From: Eledone cirrhosa
Lineage: Eukaryota
NCBI GenBank assembly: GCA_964016885.1
Contig: OZ024740.1
Location: forward strand, 367,412,001 to 367,476,000
DNA: 64,000 nt
Direction of reading: 5' to 3'
Shown here in pieces: positions 56,305-64,000 of the stretch. The notes beneath the pieces were generated by a model, which saw only the letters and a list, made by a program, of their open reading frames with translations, made no database searches and was not told where the DNA came from. A program made the translations under genes and the position numbers. Each line of letters opens with the position of its first letter. Within the stretch, counting starts at the first letter, position 1.

Positions 56305-59267
56305 AATAAATTTTAAGACTAAAATCCAAAGAGGGCTCGATAAGGATGAATATATATCAGATATATAAGAACCGTAGAGCAAATATTTATTAAAATAACA
56401 GATTAAAGTTTAAGCAAATAATTGGTGCTTTCACCCTTAACGGGATCTTCTGAAACTAATAAAAGTCAATCTGTGAACGCAGAAGTAAATATTTCAAAAA
56501 ACGTTGCAACCGAAGGAAGACAGGAAGACGATACTTTGGTTGGTGGAAACGTTCCCTGGCAAAGAACGAAAAAAAACGAAAACAACGAAGATAATACGTC
56601 ATTATTTGTTGCGATGAAAACAATTACACGCAAAGACAAAACCACGTTTATGGTATAAATGAAGTCGTAGACTAATATTCTATTAGGTGGTTGATGGACA
56701 CGTTCTCTGTCAATGAACGGAAAAAACGAAGATAATAGACATCAACTTCGAAATCCTTAACCACTGTGAGTGTTTGAGCGAAATTGATAGCTCTCAGAAG
56801 AAGTGGTAAAGTGATGGAGGAGTAGTAATTAATGATGCCGAATTGGATAAAACAGCAATGTTCCTTGTTGCATATGCCGTTGAACCAATCAATCACCGCG
56901 AAAGAATTGTTCCACAGTGGAAGAGGGGCCAAACTTCTAATTTCAGCTATAATTCTATCTAAAATCCTTTTACTAAGTCTACCTAAATCGGACTGCGTAG
57001 GGTTAATAAGCCGAAGAGAAGGGTTGTTCGGGAAATTGGAATTGTGATCCTTCAGGGTAAAGTAGTGAGAAACGGCGTCCAGAGGTTCAGTCCCGTGCAG
57101 GATATTGAGATCAGAGGTGATTTTAAACCCAGCATCGTTGATTTCATTAATGACGCTCCGATTAGTTTTACGGCAATCCTTAGTTACATCATTATTTAGT
57201 AGTTGATGGTAAGTACTGCGCTCCACTAGATATAGGTTGCCAGTTTTGTCGGAGTGGACGTGCAGGGCATTAGAATCCTTAATAGAAAGAATTCTATTCT
57301 TTAGGTCCTGCTGGAAGGAATTGCTCCTATTCCGAAATTTGATACTCCGTATGAGTCCCAAGACATCATTTTCGAAGGGCAGCAATGCTGGGATACTCGG
57401 AGGGTTATTATAGGTTTTAAACCCAAATTTATCCTGTTTGTTGTCTGCTTTCCGCTGATTATCGAAATAAAAGGCATGCCAACGCAACCATTTAATGAAC
57501 CCGTCTGTTTTCTGTATCAGGAGTTTTAGGTATGTTTACCTGCTTGGTACGGGTATGTTCCTTGTAGAAATATTCAGATGTTGTTTCTGCATGATGAATA
57601 TAAGTCAATATAGTGTTCAACCGAGGGAGCCAATAAGTAATTATAATAAATTTGAAGACTAAATCCAAAGAGGGCTCGATAAGGATAAATATATATCAGA
57701 TATATAAGAACTGTAGATCAAATATTTATTAAAATAACAGATTAAAGTTTAAGCCAAGAATCGCTGCTTTCACCCTTAACGGGATCTTCTGAAACTTAAG
57801 AGGTCAATCTGTGAACGCAGAAGTAAATACTTCAAAAAACCTTGCAACCGAAGGAAGACAGGAAGAGATACTTTGGTTCGTGGAAACGTTCCCTGGCAAA
57901 GAAGGGAGAAAAACGAAGATAATAAGTCATTATTTGGTGCAGTGAAAACAATTACACGCAAAGACAAAACCACGTTTATGTTATAAATGAAGTCGTAGAC
58001 TAATAATCTATTAGGTTGTTCATGGAGACGTTCTCTGGCAATGAACGGAAAGAACGAAGCTAATACCTCATTATGTGGACCGTTGAGAACAATTACACGC
58101 AAAGAGAAAACCACGTAAATGGTATAACTGAAGTCGTAGACTAAAATTCTATTTAGTAAACCGAATAATTCTCGGCTTCAGAGTTAAGAATAAAGTAAAT
58201 TAAATACAGAGGTAATTGAAATTAAATATATACATACACGCATCCAAATACGTACATACACAATGATACGCGAAAATAACTCGCCATGGGTATGCAAATA
58301 AAAGCACGTACACAAAAAAACACGCACCCACATATAGAACCCACGCAACGACTGTACCCGCACACATACGAACGTATACACCAAATACACATAACATATA
58401 TATGAAAGAAAATATATATATACATGTTTGTGTGTGCGTGTATACATAATGAAAATAAACGTATATAAATACACACCCGTAAATACGTATATAACGCGCG
58501 CACACACATACCTACATGTAAATACACATAAGTTCACAGAGCACGTCAACCAAAACACAAAGTACACATACACACACACCCACATACATACGAACACCAT
58601 ACTCACACAGACGCAAAACTCACGTATACACATAACCAAATGCACATGTACCAGTATATATAATATATACGCCAAAACATATACAAGCAAATATACGTAG
58701 GAGAAAGTATACGTATCTTCACAAGACATACAGGTAAAATATACTAACCTATACAAATAAGTAATGTTATAACAAAACATATATTTAGCTACCACATCAG
58801 GACGTGAAATATCCGCGTATAGTTCGTACTATCCGTTAGGGTATAATGTGGGACTGTAATACAGGAAAGTTTTGTGCAATTTATGTTAACAAGCCGAAAT
58901 TGCTTCAGATTTTTTGTTTAAGACGTGGTCTTTGGCGTAGAGTATTTCCAGGGCCTCAGCGCCGCAGAGGTAACATGGTCTTTTATTTCCGTTATACGAT
59001 CTAGCCTAAGCTAGGATCTCCCAGTGTGACTTATATTGGGTGTGGTTGTCTTTTAGACTCCAGATATAAGCTGAAAGTGACGTCATATTCCTTTTTGAAG
59101 GTTTAAGAAAAGAATGGGTATGCATGTAAAGACGCTGCTTGAATCTATTGCCGGTTAACCCTATGTAGGCCCTACGGGACGTATGTGTTTCAACCTTACA
59201 TTTATAGACAATGTTACTAGAGAGACATTTCCCGGATAGGGGGCAGTCAACCCGATTCCTACATTTG

Positions 59268-59270
<3 letters not shown>
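56305..59270 (-). mobile_element. Permuted/tandem Naiad-like PLE: GIY-YIG end, UTR, pLTR, ORF start, pLTR
   Basis: GIY-YIG at ~58850-59265 ([13 protein letters not shown]...[12 protein letters not shown]). ORF start ATG 57592 (MQKQHLNISTRNIP) to ~56740. pLTR repeats at ~57645-58065 and ~56305-56735. Confidence 0.9.
57745..57797 (-). ncRNA. HHR-like motif with CAGAAGA core (copy ~56405-56457)
   Basis: aagttt CAGAAGA tccc-gttaa-gggt GAAA gc...gc TT aaactt. Confidence 0.6.
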
Positions 59271-59352
<82 letters not shown>

Positions 59353-59374
59353 GTATACACACACACACACACAG

Positions 59375-59435
<61 letters not shown>

Positions 59436-59452
59436 TATATACACATATATAT

Positions 59453-59559
59453 AAGTAAAGAATCGCTGCTTTCACCCTTAACGGGATCTTCTGAAACTAA
59501 GATCCCGTTAAGGGTGAAAGCAGCGATTCTTTGCTTAAACTTTAATCTGTTATTTTAAT

Positions 59560-59560
<1 letters not shown>
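59453..59560. repeat. Fold-back hairpin made from the same pLTR/HHR
   Basis: aaagaatcgctgctttcacccttaacgggatctt / aagatcccgttaagggtgaaagcagcgattcttt. Confidence 0.9.
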
Positions 59561-59600
<40 letters not shown>

Positions 59601-59605
59601 TATGC

Positions 59606-59638
<33 letters not shown>

Positions 59639-59694
59639 AAATTAATAAAAACAATGATTAAAAACAAAGAACAAGTTCCTTATATTAAACAATT

Positions 59695-59828
59695 CATCAT
59701 TTTACGATCGTTTCTAGGGTATATATGTGTGTTGGTATGTATATCATATAGATCTATGTAAAAATATTACAAACTATCAGAGTAAATATACATACCTTCA
59801 CATATATATACTGTCTTCAAAAATGATG
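59695..59828 (-). ncRNA. HHR-like motif with long stem II
   Basis: catcattt TTGAAGA ...tatatatgtg/cacatatata... GAAA cgatcg TA aaatgatg. 8-bp stem I; related tail fragment at ~22720-22815. Confidence 0.65.
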
Positions 59829-59837
59829 TATATATAC

Positions 59838-59974
<137 letters not shown>

Positions 59975-60034
59975 ATATATATAGAGATATTTTAGAAAGC
60001 GAGGTTTTTTAACAAAAATAACACGAGTGAACGC

Positions 60035-63000
60035 ATAAAGAAAAAAATATGAAATCGGAAATGCAACTTGAGTCTTATTTAAAAAAAATATATATATTTA
60101 TTTGGTTCCTTTACCGGTTTCGCAGTTCTTCTGTTTTTCAAAACTAGAGTTGAGATGGAGGGTCTGTGGCTTTTCTCACATCTGGTTGGTCTTTGAATTT
60201 TACTTGGTTTATATGAAAAAAAGTGGCTCGATACGCCAGGTTTTTAGAGAAGTAATTTTATTGGTTGGTCAATAAGTATAATAAGTTTCGTGCTTGTTCG
60301 CGTTACAAAGTTCTTCAAACAAGGGGGTGGGGCTCAGGTTTTCTTTTCATATATGATTGGTTGATGCAGTCAAATGAATAAGCACATCAGCTTTCGCGCC
60401 AGTTTGTTTGAATTTCTTTTTACTTAAAAAAGGGCCTCACGAAGGCTTTTTTTTATAAATGTAATTTGATTGCTTATAAATGAAATTATGGTTGTCACGT
60501 GAACAAGTTCATTAAATTTCGCGCCCGTATTTGGGAATTTATTTTGTACCCTTTTAGAGAATTTTATGACAAACAAAAGATAATGGCCAAGATAAATGGG
60601 ATGAGAGAATTGTCTGGTTCAGTGAATATGGCTGGTTCGCTTGGGGTGTCAGAATTCAGACTTTCTATTGAAATAAAGAAAATAGATAAACGTATGTTTA
60701 TTCGTGTGCTTGTATGTGTGTGTGTGTGTGCGTGTGCATAGGAAGATGATTCTATTAGTAGAAATGGGGGAGGGAGTTGTGTGTGTGTATGGGTGTTATG
60801 TATGTGTGGGAGTATGGTAAGATGGAGAGAATATATATATTTTGTGTGTGTGTATGTGTGTAGGAAAGTCATTCTATTAGTAGAAATGGGGGATGGAGTT
60901 GTGTGTGTGTGGGAGGGGGTGCTATGTGTGTGTGTGTGCATGGCTGTTATGTGTGTGTGTGGGAGTATGGTTAGCATGTTAAGACGAAGAGAATATATAT
61001 TTTGTGTGTGTGTGTGTGTGTGTGTAGGAAAATGATTCCGTTAGTAGAAATATTTTTGAATGAACATATTTTCCTTATTTATTCGTATTTGTTCTGTTGT
61101 ATTGTCAGCGAAAACGTATGTTAAGGTTTATTTAGTACGGGTTTTTATTTTCTAAAGTAGAAGGTGTTATGTGTGTGTGTATGTGTCTGTTTGGATGGTT
61201 AGCATGTTATTGTGTTGACATAATGTATATTAAACCATATTTAATGCTGGTCTATATTTTTGAATACACATATTTTCCTTATTTATTCGTATCTGTTCTG
61301 TTGTATTGTCAGCGCAAAGATAAAATGGGAAGAGTTGCAATTTGGGTGTCTTTTTACTTGCGCATATGTCTATTGTGCACTTAGTGGTATCTGTCTCGTG
61401 GTTGGAACTCGTAATTGTTGGTGATGAACTGTCATTCTGTTTCTGAATGTGAGTTTAGTTTTCCTATATAATCTTCATTGCATCCTTTACATTTAATGGC
61501 ATAAAGTAATTTTTTTTTATGAGAAAGTGAAGTGATTTTTTATAGCAAAATGTTGTCCTGATTGAAATGTATATTGTGGCCTTCAATGAGGTGAGTGCAG
61601 TTTCCACAATTAGAGCGACCACATTTTTTGACAGCTGGTTGTGGGTTTGTGGTAGGTTATTTGGCATTGGTGAGTAATGTTTTCAGTGATTTCGGTTGCC
61701 TTTTGCTTTTGATTATTTCGTGTGTTTCAAGGGAATTTTTTTTATTCTTGGGTCTTGTTTCAATAGTGGGATGTTCTTGTGAATAGTGTTGTAAGCTTCA
61801 CCATTTCTTGGGTTGTGTGTTGAGATAAATGATCGAATATTGGATGTACCTTGAATTTGTTCCTGTTTTTCGTAATTCACCAATGCCTATTGCTTTAGAC
61901 CTTTCTATTCCATTATTTATTAGTAATGGTGGGTACTGTCTTTCGAGTAAAATTTCCTTTAATTCCTGAAGTCTTTTATTTCGCGTTTCATAATTGGAGA
62001 TAATTGTGCAAATTCTTCTTGCTATGTTAAAAGGAATGTTCGTCTTCGTGTGCTTTGGATGGTTGGAGGTGAATAGCAGGTATTGTTTGGAATCTGTTGG
62101 TTTGTAGTGTATGTCAGTTTCAATATTTGTGTCTTTTTTTAAGATTAAGATGTCCAGAAATGGGAGTTGATCTTGGCTGTATTCCATTGTGAATTGGATG
62201 CGGTTATTGATGCCGTTAATTAAATTTTTGAAATCATTCAGTTGGTCGAGTGTGTGGGACCAACGAATGAGACAATCATCCAAGTAGCGTTTCCAATTCT
62301 CTGATAAATATTTGTGGAAGTTCAATCCGTATTTTGATTTGGACTGTTCATATATCTGGACTTCTAAGTATGCCATGACTAAGTTGGCATAAGTTGGAGC
62401 GGCTTTTGTACCCATCGCAGTCCCCGATATTTGCTTGTAAGTACTGCCATTGAAATCAAAACGTTGTTCTGTAAGATAAATTTTAATAAATAAACCTTAA
62501 CATACGTTTGCGCTGACAATACAACAGAACAAATACAAATAAATATGGAAAATATGTTCATTAAAAAATATTTCTACTAACGGAATCATTTTCCTACACA
62601 CACACACACAGGCACACACACACACACAACATATATATTCTCTTCATCTTAACATGCTAACCATACTCCCACACACACATAACACCCATACACACACATA
62701 TACCCCCCTCCCCCACACACACATAACACCCATACACACACATATAACACCCCCCACACACACAACTCCCTCCCCCATTCCTACTAATAGAATCACTTTC
62801 CTACACACATACACACACAAACTATATATATTCTCTCCATCTTAACATACTCCCACACACACACATAACACCCACACACACACACAAACTCCCTCCTCCA
62901 TTTCTGCTAATAGTATCATCTTCCTACACACACACAAACACACACACACACACACACACACACAAGCACACAAATAAACATACATATCTCTACTTTCTTT

Positions 63001-63645
63001 ATTTCAATAGAAAGTCTGAATTCTGATCCCTCAGCGAACCAACCATATTCACTGAACCAGAACAATTCTCCCATCCCATTTCTCTTGACCATTATCTTTT
63101 GTTTGTCATAAAATTCTCTAAAAGGCTACAAAATAAATTCCCAAATACGGGCGCGAAATTTAATGAACGTGTTCACGTGACAGCCATAATTTCATTCATA
63201 ACCAATCAAATTACATTTATAAAAAAAAAGCCTTCGCGAGCCCCTTCTTTTTAAGTAAAAAGTAATTCAAACAAACTGGCGCGAAATCTGATGTGCTTAT
63301 TCACGTGTGACTGCATCAACCAACCAAATTTCACTAATATATGAACAACCCCTCCCCCCTGTTTAAAGAACTTTGCAACGCAAACTGGCGCGAAATTTAT
63401 TATACTTATTGAGCAACCAATAAAATTACTTCTCTAAAAACCTTGCGTTTCGATGCACTTTTTTTCCATATAAAACAAGTAACATTCAAAGACCAACCAG
63501 ATGTGAGAAAAACCAGAGACCCTCCATCTCAACTCTAGTTTTGAAAAGCAGAAGGACAGCGAAACCGGTAATGGAACCAAATAAATATATATATTTTTTA
63601 AAAATAAGACTCCAGTTGCATTTTCGATTTCATATTTTTTTCTAT
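60035..63645 (-). mobile_element. Neptune-like PLE fragment enclosed by ~1.1-kb inverted repeats
   Basis: ~60040-61135 mirrors ~62490-63640. Internal RT at 61798-62480 (GTAMGTKAAPTYANL, WKRYLDD, LPFLDI, SNHP) and KCGRSNCGNC linker. HHR-like motifs at 60107-60144 and 63537-63574. Confidence 0.92.
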
Positions 63646-63833
63646 ATATATATATATCAGAACACACAGTCACATGGAGGAAAGTCACATGGAGTCTACA
63701 GTTGCCATGTGTTTGCCAGAGGGTGCAAGTCGTTGGCTTGTTTAAAGCGTCACATTCATGCCTCATTTTTTTGAGTATATTATCGGGCGATGGCAATGAT
63801 CGAACACGAGTTTGCGGCCATCATCATCATCCG

Positions 63834-63883
<50 letters not shown>

Positions 63884-64000
63884 ATTTGCGTGTTAGTGTG
63901 TGTGTGTGTATGTTTGTATACATGTGTAAATTATTTATTTGTACAGATTAAAAGTTTAAGCAATTCATTTCTGATTTCACCCCAGCCGATCATGATCACG

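Noticed and set aside
57860-58150. Repeated ~120-nt blocks resembling a spacer array
   Set aside because: Diverged tandem subrepeats in a PLE UTR; eukaryotic context, no CRISPR structure or cas genes.

Overview
AT-rich, microsatellite-saturated animal genomic DNA. The tRNA-derived SINE family and the repeat landscape resemble an octopus (cephalopod) genome; this is inference from memory, not a search. Almost all ORF-track entries are artefacts of (TA)n/(CA)n repeats. The window is dominated by at least nine insertions of Penelope-like retroelements (PLEs; reverse transcriptase + GIY-YIG endonuclease; Naiad-like and Neptune-like), nearly all bounded by (TA)n. All are truncated or frameshifted, and many carry inverted (fold-back) or head-to-tail partial duplications. 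Reading by eye finds more than ten type-I hammerhead-ribozyme (HHR)-like motifs. Some have canonical cores, and others have family-wide core variants, including a U3-A8 compensatory pair. The most interesting observation is three unrelated small non-coding HHR-containing units (about 430, 483 and about 570-650 nt) present as 1.3-1.5 head-to-tail copies at (TA)n tracts. They look like retrozymes, possibly copied from circular RNA by PLE machinery. The window also contains tRNA-derived SINEs, a decayed LINE, a Helitron-like element and a few weak candidate exons of an unidentified minus-strand host gene.
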